Assembly (NCBI RefSeq): GCF_000446015.1
Contig: NC_022093.1
Coordinates: forward strand, 1,320,001-1,352,000
Length of the DNA: 32,000 nucleotides
DNA from: Thermofilum adornatum
GTDB lineage: Archaea > Thermoproteota > Thermoprotei > Thermofilales > Thermofilaceae
Direction of reading: 5' to 3'
Part shown: piece by piece, positions 24,117 to 31,797 of the stretch
Numbering within the stretch: position 1 is the stretch's first letter
How the letters are laid out: the number at the start of each line of letters is the position of its first letter
The notes under the pieces: model-generated
The model's input: the letters and a program-made list of their open reading frames with translations, nothing else
What the model was told of the DNA's origin: nothing
Database searches by the model: none
Translations under genes and position numbers: made by a program

Positions 24117-24629
24117 ATGTGTACACAAGAGTCCCGCTGTAGAGAGTTCTTGCTTTCGAGGAGAAGTATAAGGCGTTTCAGGGAGGATCCTGTTCCAGAC
24201 GAACTCATAGAGAAGGCTTTGGACATCGCCCGTTTTGCGCCAAGTGCACACAATAATCAGCCCTGGGTTTTCGTAGTCGTCAAGGATAAGGAAAAACTCC
24301 GAAAACTAGCCGAGATACACAGGTGGTCGAAACCTATCCTAGGCTCGCAGGTAGCGATAATTGTTTTCTCGGACTCAAAGATTTCTCCTAGGTCCCACCT
24401 TGTCGACGGCTCTATTGTAGCAACGTATCTATGGCTCGCCCTACACTGTGTTGGCCTCTCCACTGTTTGGATATACACATTGGAACAGGCAGAACAAATT
24501 AGAAATATCGTCAATGCCCCAGAACACCTCATGCCAGTAGCTATTTTCCCCGTAGGCTTTCCAGCAGAATCCCCGCCGCCGCGTCCAAGAAAACAGCTAA
24601 GCGAGATAGTCAAAATTGACAGCTTCTAG
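24117..24629 (+). CDS. Nitroreductase-family protein
   Basis: RRSIRRFREDPVP and APSAHNNQPWVFVVV motifs. I prefer ATG 24117 because TATA-like ctttgatatatcc (24083-24095) is centred about 27 nt upstream. The ORF is open from TTG at 24069. Confidence 0.8.
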   Translation: MCTQESRCREFLLSRRSIRRFREDPVPDELIEKALDIARFAPSAHNNQPWVFVVVKDKEKLRKLAEIHRWSKPILGSQVAIIVFSDSKISPRSHLVDGSIVATYLWLALHCVGLSTVWIYTLEQAEQIRNIVNAPEHLMPVAIFPVGFPAESPPPRPRKQLSEIVKIDSF

Positions 24630-25069
24630 GCGTCTTGAGAATAGTCACGAGCATTTTCCGAGAGCCAGTCTGCTTTAATTTTTTCATAAAACCTCAACAC
24701 GTGCGAAGCAAGCTTGACTACTTCTTCCTGTGGAACGTCTTTTGCCTTTGGACACCGTGGGTCTACATGCACCCATAGCTTGGGGCTATAGATGAGAGGA
24801 TACAGCCTGCAGGCCTCTGGCCTCATCTCATAAATTTTACATGTGTTCGTAGCTGTGTCGAGAAACATGCAGTGTCCATCTATGTTTCGAAGTATGGGGA
24901 CACCTAGCCGAAACTCTATGAATTCTTGAGCTTTGAACCCTAGGTTCTCTATCTTCTTAATGTCTTCCCGTGTGAGAGGAACAACTGCTTTATAGCAACA
25001 TGCTCCACAAAGCTTCCCATTTATCTTGCAATCGACTCTGAGTTCTGGCTTCTCTATAGTCATAGACAT
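24626..25069 (-). CDS. YkgJ-family (CxxCxxCC) Cys-cluster zinc/iron-chelating domain protein
   Basis: CKINGKLCGACC at the N-terminus, then HCMFLD...TCKIYEMRPEACRLYP. Confidence 0.7.
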   Translation of the reverse strand: MSMTIEKPELRVDCKINGKLCGACCYKAVVPLTREDIKKIENLGFKAQEFIEFRLGVPILRNIDGHCMFLDTATNTCKIYEMRPEACRLYPLIYSPKLWVHVDPRCPKAKDVPQEEVVKLASHVLRFYEKIKADWLSENARDYSQDA

Positions 25070-25082
25070 GTTTCCATGGTTT

Positions 25083-25958
25083 TCAGGGTCTAAATCCGAG
25101 TAGCTGTTCCACGGCTGTCCCGAAGAGGTAGCCTACTATTACTACGAGAAATATTATTCCAGTGTTTTCGAGAAAGTCCTTCTTGAAGGATCCTCCTAGA
25201 ATAGTTGTACTGAAGAAGGTGAATCCAGCCAAGACTAGGAGAGCAAAGAGAATCGAGAGGGCGAGGGCCGTTGGCACAGAGAGGCCCATGAAGAAGGGAG
25301 AGGTAAGGAGCACAACGGTAGCCATGTACATCAAGCCGGTAACCGTAGCAGATTTACCGGGGCTCTTTCCCCTCTCCTGTTTAGCCTGGAGATAAGCCGC
25401 TGCAGCCATAGACATCGAGGCGCTTATGCCCACGATGAGTCCAGAGATGCCCGTATAGATGGGCGAAGCTGTATATCCCAGGAAGCCTGCATGAACGCCT
25501 GACAGCTCGATAATTGCGTCGCTCATTCCCAGGGCTATCGAGCCCAGGTGTCTAACAGCGAATTCGTCTATCTGGCTTGCGAGGGCGCCCTCATGGTACT
25601 TTTCTTCCTCTATAATTTTTTCCAGAATCTTCTTGTCGTTGTCAGAAAGTGAGGGCTCCTTTAGAATCTTCTTGTACTCCTCAACTACGTCAGATTCGTG
25701 TCTCTCCAGAAACTTAATGATGAATGTTTTTCCCAGGAGCCTCGACATAAAGAGGTAGATTCGGAGCCTTGCCTTTTCATAGCCAGTGAGCTCAATTCTT
25801 CCGGCAAACTTAGACCAAAACTCGTAGTGCATGTATTCCTGTTTCGAGAGCTCCTCGAGAATCTCTCTGTTTCTTTGATTCTTTTCATGCTTGGAAAGCT
25901 CGCCATAAAGAAGAGAATCAAAGAGTTCGTCACGAGCATAAGCACGAAAGTCCGGCAT
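25083..25958 (-). CDS. Ferritin-like (erythrin) domain fused to a VIT1/CCC1 iron transporter (MbfA-like)
   Basis: The N-terminal domain has two ExxH motifs (QEYMH, EEKYH). The C-terminal membrane domain has GMSDAIIELSGVHAGF and several TM helices. Confidence 0.8.
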   Translation of the reverse strand: MPDFRAYARDELFDSLLYGELSKHEKNQRNREILEELSKQEYMHYEFWSKFAGRIELTGYEKARLRIYLFMSRLLGKTFIIKFLERHESDVVEEYKKILKEPSLSDNDKKILEKIIEEEKYHEGALASQIDEFAVRHLGSIALGMSDAIIELSGVHAGFLGYTASPIYTGISGLIVGISASMSMAAAAYLQAKQERGKSPGKSATVTGLMYMATVVLLTSPFFMGLSVPTALALSILFALLVLAGFTFFSTTILGGSFKKDFLENTGIIFLVVIVGYLFGTAVEQLLGFRP

Positions 25959-25993
25959 ATAGGTCTTAAAATTAATAATAAAACTTGGAAGCT

Positions 25994-26929
25994 TTAACCT
26001 TTTCTCTGCTTCTCGAAAACAGCTATTGCCTCGTTCCAGGTTGGAATCTCATGTGAGCCCAGTCTCGTAACTTTGAGTCCCGCAACAATGGTTGCAAACC
26101 TCACGGCCTCCCTGAGCTCAAACTTCTTGAGGCCCATTATTAGGCCTGCGGCGAATGCGTCGCCTGCTCCAGTCGTGTCAACAACTGTCTCAGGCCTGTA
26201 GCCTGGGACCTCGAACACTTCTCTCTTTGTTGCCACATATACGCCTCTGGCGCCTCTCTTGATAATTACCATTCCTACTCCTTCTTTCAAGAGGGTCTCT
26301 GCTGCTTCCTCGATAGACTCTGTCCCCGTCATGGCTTTTGCCTCTATCTCGTTGGGGAGAACGATGTCTGCATACCTGATAACTGGTCTTAGGGCTTCTA
26401 GCCCTAGACGGGCCTGCCTCCTGCCGGGGTCCCAGGAAATCCTTACGCCAAGCTCCTTCGCTATCTTTGCTATAGAGGAAGCCGTATCGACACGTAGACT
26501 AGCGATGTGGAGATGCTCGGTCTCTCGTAGAACCTTTGTATTCACTTCTTCAGGAGTCAAGGTTTCTGCAACGCCCTTGTCGCCATACATGATTATTTGT
26601 CCGCTTGAGTCTATGATTACCAGGGTAAATCCTGTCTTCCCGTTTAGTGCGTCTATCCTTACATTGGAAATGTCTACGCCCTCCCGGACGAGGTCTTCCA
26701 AAGCGTTTTTCCCAAAGTCGTCGAAGCCAACCTTGCCTATAACTGCGCTTTTTCCACCAAGCCTCCTGATACCTATAGCCACATTAGCCGCGCTACCGCC
26801 GACTCCGTGGCTCTGGCTCTTGATTGCGCCCTCCTTGTCCGGAGTAGCAAACGCGTCTACACAGAACCTGAGGTCAAGCAGAATGTGTCCAAGCGTCACT
26901 ACGTCGAATCTAGATTTTTCTGCCTGCAT
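25994..26929 (-). CDS. PfkB/ribokinase-family sugar kinase (possible ATP-dependent 6-phosphofructokinase)
   Basis: GGSAANVA and DTTGAGDAFAAG motifs. 1-nt start/stop overlap (TAATG) with the aldolase gene upstream. Confidence 0.85.
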   Translation of the reverse strand: MQAEKSRFDVVTLGHILLDLRFCVDAFATPDKEGAIKSQSHGVGGSAANVAIGIRRLGGKSAVIGKVGFDDFGKNALEDLVREGVDISNVRIDALNGKTGFTLVIIDSSGQIIMYGDKGVAETLTPEEVNTKVLRETEHLHIASLRVDTASSIAKIAKELGVRISWDPGRRQARLGLEALRPVIRYADIVLPNEIEAKAMTGTESIEEAAETLLKEGVGMVIIKRGARGVYVATKREVFEVPGYRPETVVDTTGAGDAFAAGLIMGLKKFELREAVRFATIVAGLKVTRLGSHEIPTWNEAIAVFEKQRKG

Positions 26930-27744
26930 TATTGCTCAGCCATCTTTAGTGCTTCTTCAGGTGAATAACCCTCGTGGACAACTGCCATAATTGCTTTTGC
27001 AGCGCCCCTCGGGTTCTCGTGCTGGAATATGTTGCGCCCCACGACCACTCCCTGTGCACCGGCATCCATCACGCTTTTGACGACATAGAGAAAGTCTAGG
27101 AGAGTTTTTGCCTTTGCCCCTCCACTCATCAGCACTGGAACGCCTGCCGCAACCTCCACTACGCGCCTGAAGGACTCTGTGCTTCCAGTATAATAGGTCT
27201 TGATTAGGTCGGCCCCACTCTCAATGGCTGCCCTGACGCCATACCTGACAACCTCGACGTCATACATGTTCTTTATCGCTGGACCACGCGGATAAGACAA
27301 CTGGAGAGCCGGCAAACCGTATCTCTCTGCCTCCCTCTTAACCTCAAACCACATCTTCAGCATCTGGTCCTCAAAATTGCTTCCCCAATACACAGTGGCG
27401 GCGACAGCTTCGGCTCCTAAAGCCACAACGTCCTCCACGAAGCCGAACGGGCTTTGGAGAAGCTTTTCCTGTTCGGGTCTAAGACTGGTCTTGCTTGTTA
27501 CCTTAACGATTAGCGGGACCTTACCTGCCCAAACTTCGTGGGTCAGGTTAGCCATGCCCGGCAAAAGCATAATTGCGTCAACAACGTCAACTACTTTCGA
27601 GAGGATCTTCCTAGGGTCGATGGTTTCTCCAGGAAAGTCTGCGGGACCGTGCTCCACGCCGTGGTCAAAAGCAAATATAACGGCTTTGCCATCCCTCAAT
27701 ATTCGTTGAAGCCTAACCTTTTTCCCTATATACCCATAACCCAT
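26929..27744 (-). CDS. fba: Archaeal class IA fructose-1,6-bisphosphate aldolase
   Basis: Collinear by eye with archaeal FBPA: [61 protein letters not shown]. Confidence 0.85.
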   Translation of the reverse strand: MGYGYIGKKVRLQRILRDGKAVIFAFDHGVEHGPADFPGETIDPRKILSKVVDVVDAIMLLPGMANLTHEVWAGKVPLIVKVTSKTSLRPEQEKLLQSPFGFVEDVVALGAEAVAATVYWGSNFEDQMLKMWFEVKREAERYGLPALQLSYPRGPAIKNMYDVEVVRYGVRAAIESGADLIKTYYTGSTESFRRVVEVAAGVPVLMSGGAKAKTLLDFLYVVKSVMDAGAQGVVVGRNIFQHENPRGAAKAIMAVVHEGYSPEEALKMAEQ

Positions 27745-27776
27745 ACTATTTCAATTTTATTTACATCTTGAGACAT

Positions 27777-27809
27777 ACAAATAGTATTTGTAATCACGTC
27801 TGGTAATCA
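27777..27809. promoter_or_regulatory. 15-nt perfect palindrome ACAAATAGTATTTGT followed by direct repeat GTAATCA-N6-GTAATCA in the fba/nnr divergent spacer
   Basis: Palindrome at 27777-27791. Repeats at 27790-27796 and 27803-27809. They lie 33-65 nt upstream of the fba ATG (27744, minus strand). Function unknown. Confidence 0.3.
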
Positions 27810-27866
27810 TTTTGTAGGAATAGATAAATAATAAAAAATAATAGCTCGAGCACACTTAAAACACAC

Positions 27867-29441
27867 GTGAAGGTCGCATCATCTAATGAAATAAGGCTTC
27901 TAGACAAAGAGGCAGTCGAAAAATACGGCATATCCCACGAAATCCTTATGGAAAACGCTGGGGCCGCAGTGGCCCGCCTCATACTACACACAGCCTCAGA
28001 AGAAGACACAGTCGCGGTCATTGCTGGCCCCGGAAACAACGGAGGAGACGGGCTGGTATGTGCAAGGCACCTGGCAAGCCATGGGATGGACGTACATGTC
28101 TATCTAGTTGCAGACCCTGAAAGGCTCTCAGAGCTAGTCAAGAAAAACTTGGATCGGGTAGCCCTGGCTAATATCCCAGTAGAAAAAGTTACGGAGAAAA
28201 ACGTGGAAGAACTACAAGATGTTCTCCCATTCTACGACGTTATAGTCGACGCCCTTTTTGGTACAGGCCTTACACGGCCACTTGAAGGAGTCTACAAGGA
28301 GGCAGTAGAAGCGATAAACGATTCTGGCTCGCTAGTTGTTAGCGTGGATATCCCTTCAGGTATAAATTCGGATACAGGGGAAGTAATGGGGACAGCGGTA
28401 AAAGCAGACTTTACTGTCACCTTTGGTCTTCCAAAGATAGGTCTCCTGCTCTACCCGGGCGCAGAATATGCAGGCGAAATCCTAGTTTCACACATTTCTT
28501 ATCCAAGGAGCCTAATCGAAGACGACAGAATAAAGGTAGAGACAAACGACCCACTGTACCCCCCACCTAGACAGCCAGACACTCATAAGGGAGACTATGG
28601 CAAGGCACTTTTCATCGCCGGCTCCAAAAGGTACTACGGCGCCCCAATGCTGGCGTCCAGATCATTCCTCAAGGCTGGCGGCGGCTACTCTAGACTAGCA
28701 ACAGTAAGTAGCATAGTTCCTTTCCTGGCAATCAGAGCCCCAGAAGTAGTCTACGAAGAGCTTGAAGAGACCAGTTCGGGGACAATATCTTACAGGAATC
28801 TGGAAAAAATCCTAAAGCTCACAGAAGCCTCAGACATAGTTGCGATAGGCCCAGGCATAGGGCTAGACGATGAAACAGCCAGGCTCGTCCTCGAACTCAT
28901 TCCGAGGATCAATAAGCCCCTAATCATTGACGGAGACGGCTTGACAATCCTAGCCAGAGACACAACAATCCTCTCCACACGTAAATACCCCACCGTTATT
29001 ACTCCGCATCCTGGAGAAATGTCTCGGCTAACGGGAAAACCAATAGAGGAAATCAAAAAGTCTAGGCTAAAAACAGCACTAGAGGTAGCCCAGAAACTCG
29101 GCTCCTACGTTGTCCTTAAAGGCGCACACACAGTCATTGCCACGCCTGAGGGCAAGGCATACATTAATCTAACAGGAAACCCCGGAATGGCCACCGCTGG
29201 AAGCGGCGACGTCCTCGTAGGCGCAATAGCCGGCATGTACGGTATCGGCTACGGCTTCGAGGAAGCAGTAAGAATGGGCGTCTTCGTCCACGGCTTAGCA
29301 GGTGATCTAGCTGCCGAAAGCATCGGAATGGACGGCTTAACTGCTGTTTCAATTATGAATTTCCTGCCGAGAGCGATGAAGGAGCTAAGGGAAAACTTTG
29401 AAAGAATATACAACGAGAATTCATTGCCTGTTCTGGTGTAG
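27867..29441 (+). CDS. nnr: Bifunctional NAD(P)H-hydrate repair enzyme (epimerase/ADP-dependent dehydratase, YjeF family)
   Basis: YjeF_N motif IAGPGNNGGDGLV. C-terminal kinase-like domain with HKGDYGK and GSGDVLVGAIAG. GTG start about 27 nt downstream of an A/T-rich TATA region (27824-27843). Confidence 0.9.
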   Translation: MKVASSNEIRLLDKEAVEKYGISHEILMENAGAAVARLILHTASEEDTVAVIAGPGNNGGDGLVCARHLASHGMDVHVYLVADPERLSELVKKNLDRVALANIPVEKVTEKNVEELQDVLPFYDVIVDALFGTGLTRPLEGVYKEAVEAINDSGSLVVSVDIPSGINSDTGEVMGTAVKADFTVTFGLPKIGLLLYPGAEYAGEILVSHISYPRSLIEDDRIKVETNDPLYPPPRQPDTHKGDYGKALFIAGSKRYYGAPMLASRSFLKAGGGYSRLATVSSIVPFLAIRAPEVVYEELEETSSGTISYRNLEKILKLTEASDIVAIGPGIGLDDETARLVLELIPRINKPLIIDGDGLTILARDTTILSTRKYPTVITPHPGEMSRLTGKPIEEIKKSRLKTALEVAQKLGSYVVLKGAHTVIATPEGKAYINLTGNPGMATAGSGDVLVGAIAGMYGIGYGFEEAVRMGVFVHGLAGDLAAESIGMDGLTAVSIMNFLPRAMKELRENFERIYNENSLPVLV

Positions 29442-29508
29442 CCACTTCACCCTTTCATATCTATGCTCAAAGAACACATAAATACAGGCCAAACATATGG
29501 ATAAAACT

Positions 29509-29594
29509 ATGTCTGAGGAGTTGCCAGAGAAGCCATTGCTTGACCACGTGATGGATTTCCTAGAAATGGTTAGGAGAATACTAATCTACATAGT
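29509..29594 (+). repeat. Direct repeat tract 1, copy A (83/86 identical to 31712-31797; first 60 nt are 100% identical)
   Basis: Direct base-by-base comparison. The offset between copies is exactly 2203 nt. Confidence 0.95.
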
Positions 29595-30330
29595 GGCGTT
29601 TCTTATTTTGCTGGTTTTTCTGCCCGCCCCCTGGATGTTGCCGAACTCCTATGATCCATTAATTTTTGCATTCATGAATATTACTAACCACTATATGCTC
29701 GACTTTCAGCACAATATCTTTAGCAGGCCATTCGCAATCCTGTTTGGTGTTAATGGTTCTAGGGTTGTTCTTATTAGTCATGGGTGGTTTGATTCTCTTA
29801 CTGCTGCTATTTTGCTTGCTGTTCTTTTGGCGGTTACTGTTCTTAGCCCTGTGATTGCTTGGGAGGTTTATAGGTTTGTTGAGCCCGGCCTGTATAGCCA
29901 CGAGAAGAGGATAGTCAAGCGCTATATGGTTTTTGCACTCGCCCTGTTTGTCTCGGGGGTCATATATGGCTACACAGTAGTAATGCCAATAATTTTCAGT
30001 GTAGCTGTATGGCTCGCTACCCTAGGTGGTGCAAGCCTGTTCTTCTCTATCCAGGAATTTTACGAAAACATACTTCTAGGCTCCCTATCTACTGGGGTCT
30101 TCTTCATGTTTCCATTGGTAATATTAATCCTCAACAAAATGGGTATAGTAAGCTATGAGACGCTCAACAAGAATTGGAGGTACATTGTCTTTATTGGCTA
30201 TGTTTTTCTGGCCCTAGTAACTCCCGACCCAACACCATTCAGCGATCTTGCTTTAGGCATACCCTTTGTCGGACTATACTTTCTCTCAATGTGGCTAGTA
30301 AAAAGGTCGGAGAAGAAACAAAAACACTAA
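29509..30330 (+). CDS. tatC: Sec-independent protein translocase TatC, paralog 1
   Basis: PLLDHVMDFLEMVRRIL N-terminus, EVYRFVEPGLYSHEKR and LVTPDPTPFSDLALGIPFVGLY motifs, six predicted TM segments. I prefer ATG 29509 (same start as paralog 2, TATA-like cacataaatac centred about 27 nt upstream) over ATG 29497. Confidence 0.8.
   Translation: MSEELPEKPLLDHVMDFLEMVRRILIYIVAFLILLVFLPAPWMLPNSYDPLIFAFMNITNHYMLDFQHNIFSRPFAILFGVNGSRVVLISHGWFDSLTAAILLAVLLAVTVLSPVIAWEVYRFVEPGLYSHEKRIVKRYMVFALALFVSGVIYGYTVVMPIIFSVAVWLATLGGASLFFSIQEFYENILLGSLSTGVFFMFPLVILILNKMGIVSYETLNKNWRYIVFIGYVFLALVTPDPTPFSDLALGIPFVGLYFLSMWLVKRSEKKQKH
29741..29797 (+). repeat. Direct repeat tract 2, copy A (57/57 identical to 31944-32000; may extend beyond the window)
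   Basis: Direct comparison, with the same 2203-nt offset. The intervening 146 nt (29595-29740) are only roughly 60% identical by eye. Confidence 0.95.
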
Positions 30331-30379
30331 ACCTAGGAAATTCTATGAGTCGACAGTTCAATAAGGCTGTGGATCCACA

Positions 30380-31570
30380 ATGATAAACGAGTTTTCATAT
30401 CTAACGAGGCAAGAAGTCTTAAGAGAAATGTCTAGTTTTCTGGCTGGTAGATGGATTGCCGTACATTGCAAGAGAAAAATGAAGGACGGAAGACCATTGC
30501 TCGTCAGGTACTGGAAAACGGTACCGCTCAAGGCATCTAGCCCAGCAGAACTATTAGCACTAATTGACAGGCTGAGGCCTCTACAGCCCAGAGCCTTCTA
30601 CGGGACAGCCAATATATACTCCAGGCTTGAAACAAGGGAGGACGCGCTCAACTACGAGGAAAACGTGACAAAGAGGACGGTTACATGGGACATTGACTCT
30701 ACGCCGGAACACTGGAGAGCCACAGTCGAAGCAGCAAGGACAATTGTAGACTTCCTGGAAAAATGGGGTGTCTCGAAGAGTGTCTGGCTAAAGTGGAGCG
30801 GGAGGGGTATGCATGTACATATACATGAAAATGCCGTCTCGCAAAGCATTCTTGAAAAACATGGAGTCATGGATGTAACTTGGTCTCTCGCCCAATTCGT
30901 CCTAGAAAACATTAAAGAAAAAGTCGCACAGATCAACACCATGTATGGCTCCAAGATAAAGGTAGAGAATCTCATGGATCCACAGAGAGTCTTTACTGCA
31001 CCGCTAAGCCTGCACAGGAGCCTAGACGTTGCATGCATAGCACTGAAGCCAGGAGACCTAGATTCGTTCAGGCCGGAGTGGACCAACCCAGACAACCCGG
31101 TACACAACCGCGACTGGCGCATATTTGTAGAGGGAGAAGCTGACACCTTAGCTGAGGAAGCTGTGAAAAGAATAGGAGGCTACTTGAAAAGATCCATAAA
31201 GCAACAACTAGTAGCAGAAACAGTAACAGCTCCCCCTGTCTTCGAGAACCCCTCAGGACTCCCTTTGGAAATAAAGCTTAGGTTCAACGAGTTTCCAGGG
31301 AGCCTTAAGGGCAGAAAGCTATACCTAGACCCCATGAAGGCTGTCCGGTTGCTTGAAGACGTTCTTAGCCACTATGTTCTAGGGAATATTTCACGCGAAG
31401 AAGCAATAAGCTTCCTCGAGGCCACGAGAAAAGTTACATTAAAGGCTCAGGGATACTCCCAAAGAGACGTGGAGATACTTGAAAAGCTCTACGAGCAGGC
31501 AATATATTGGCTTAGAAGCTACTCAAAGGAAGAAATAGAGAGAATTCTCAAGAACCATAAGAGCAACTAA
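30380..31570 (+). CDS. Archaeo-eukaryotic primase (AEP) superfamily protein, PriS-like, lacking the zinc knuckle
   Basis: AEP motif I TWDIDS (DxD), motif II WSGRGMHVHI (SGxGxH), motif III DPQRVFTAPLSLH. N-terminal features parallel PriS (LREM..., RAFYGTANIYSRL). No Cys/His cluster follows the DxD motif. There is a helical tail of about 130 aa. Confidence 0.75.
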   Translation: MINEFSYLTRQEVLREMSSFLAGRWIAVHCKRKMKDGRPLLVRYWKTVPLKASSPAELLALIDRLRPLQPRAFYGTANIYSRLETREDALNYEENVTKRTVTWDIDSTPEHWRATVEAARTIVDFLEKWGVSKSVWLKWSGRGMHVHIHENAVSQSILEKHGVMDVTWSLAQFVLENIKEKVAQINTMYGSKIKVENLMDPQRVFTAPLSLHRSLDVACIALKPGDLDSFRPEWTNPDNPVHNRDWRIFVEGEADTLAEEAVKRIGGYLKRSIKQQLVAETVTAPPVFENPSGLPLEIKLRFNEFPGSLKGRKLYLDPMKAVRLLEDVLSHYVLGNISREEAISFLEATRKVTLKAQGYSQRDVEILEKLYEQAIYWLRSYSKEEIERILKNHKSN

Positions 31571-31574
31571 GTAA

Positions 31575-31640
31575 AGCCCGCTGTCGGCAAGACCGGGAGG
31601 CCTCACCTATCGGGAGGTAGCCAACCTCCTCATCCTTGCA
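31575..31640 (+). other. GC-rich, repeat- and hairpin-containing intergenic element of unknown function
   Basis: About 60% GC next to a spacer of about 30% GC. Direct repeat CGGGAGG (31594-31600, 31611-31617). Palindrome GAGGCCTC (31597-31604). Hairpin GGAGGT/ACCTCC (31613-31618 / 31624-31629, 5-nt loop). Possible closing pair GCAAG/CTTGC (31587-31591 / 31635-31639). Confidence 0.3.
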
Positions 31641-31711
31641 AACAAGAATATCATGGAAGATTATAAAAACATTTTCTTACCAATATCTGCTAGTCAAGGT
31701 GTCTAACACTT

Positions 31712-31797
31712 ATGTCTGAGGAGTTGCCAGAGAAGCCATTGCTTGACCACGTGATGGATTTCCTAGAAATGTTACGGAGAATACTAATCTACATAGT
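31712..31797 (+). repeat. Direct repeat tract 1, copy B
   Basis: 83/86 identical to 29509-29594. Confidence 0.95.

Noticed and set aside
26259-26990. 243-aa ORF on the plus strand
   Set aside because: It is entirely antisense to the PfkB kinase and the aldolase 3' end. It is Ser/Pro/Thr/Arg-rich low-complexity sequence with no motifs, while the opposite frame carries clear PfkB signatures. This is a typical shadow ORF.
29497-29508. Longer tatC1 start (MDKT-MSEE...)
   Set aside because: ATG 29497 lies only about 17 nt from the TATA-like box centre. Paralog 2 starts at the homologous MSEE codon, and sequence identity begins exactly there. 29509 is preferred, but 29497 is not excluded.
29509-31771. 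Reading the 60-bp perfect direct repeats as att sites of a 2.2-kb integrated element carrying the primase-like gene
   Set aside because: There is no integrase or transposase. The repeats begin exactly at paralogous start codons. A second collinear 57-nt identical tract exists inside the genes at the same offset. Paralog duplication with gene conversion is more parsimonious. A mobile origin of the primase-like gene itself remains open.
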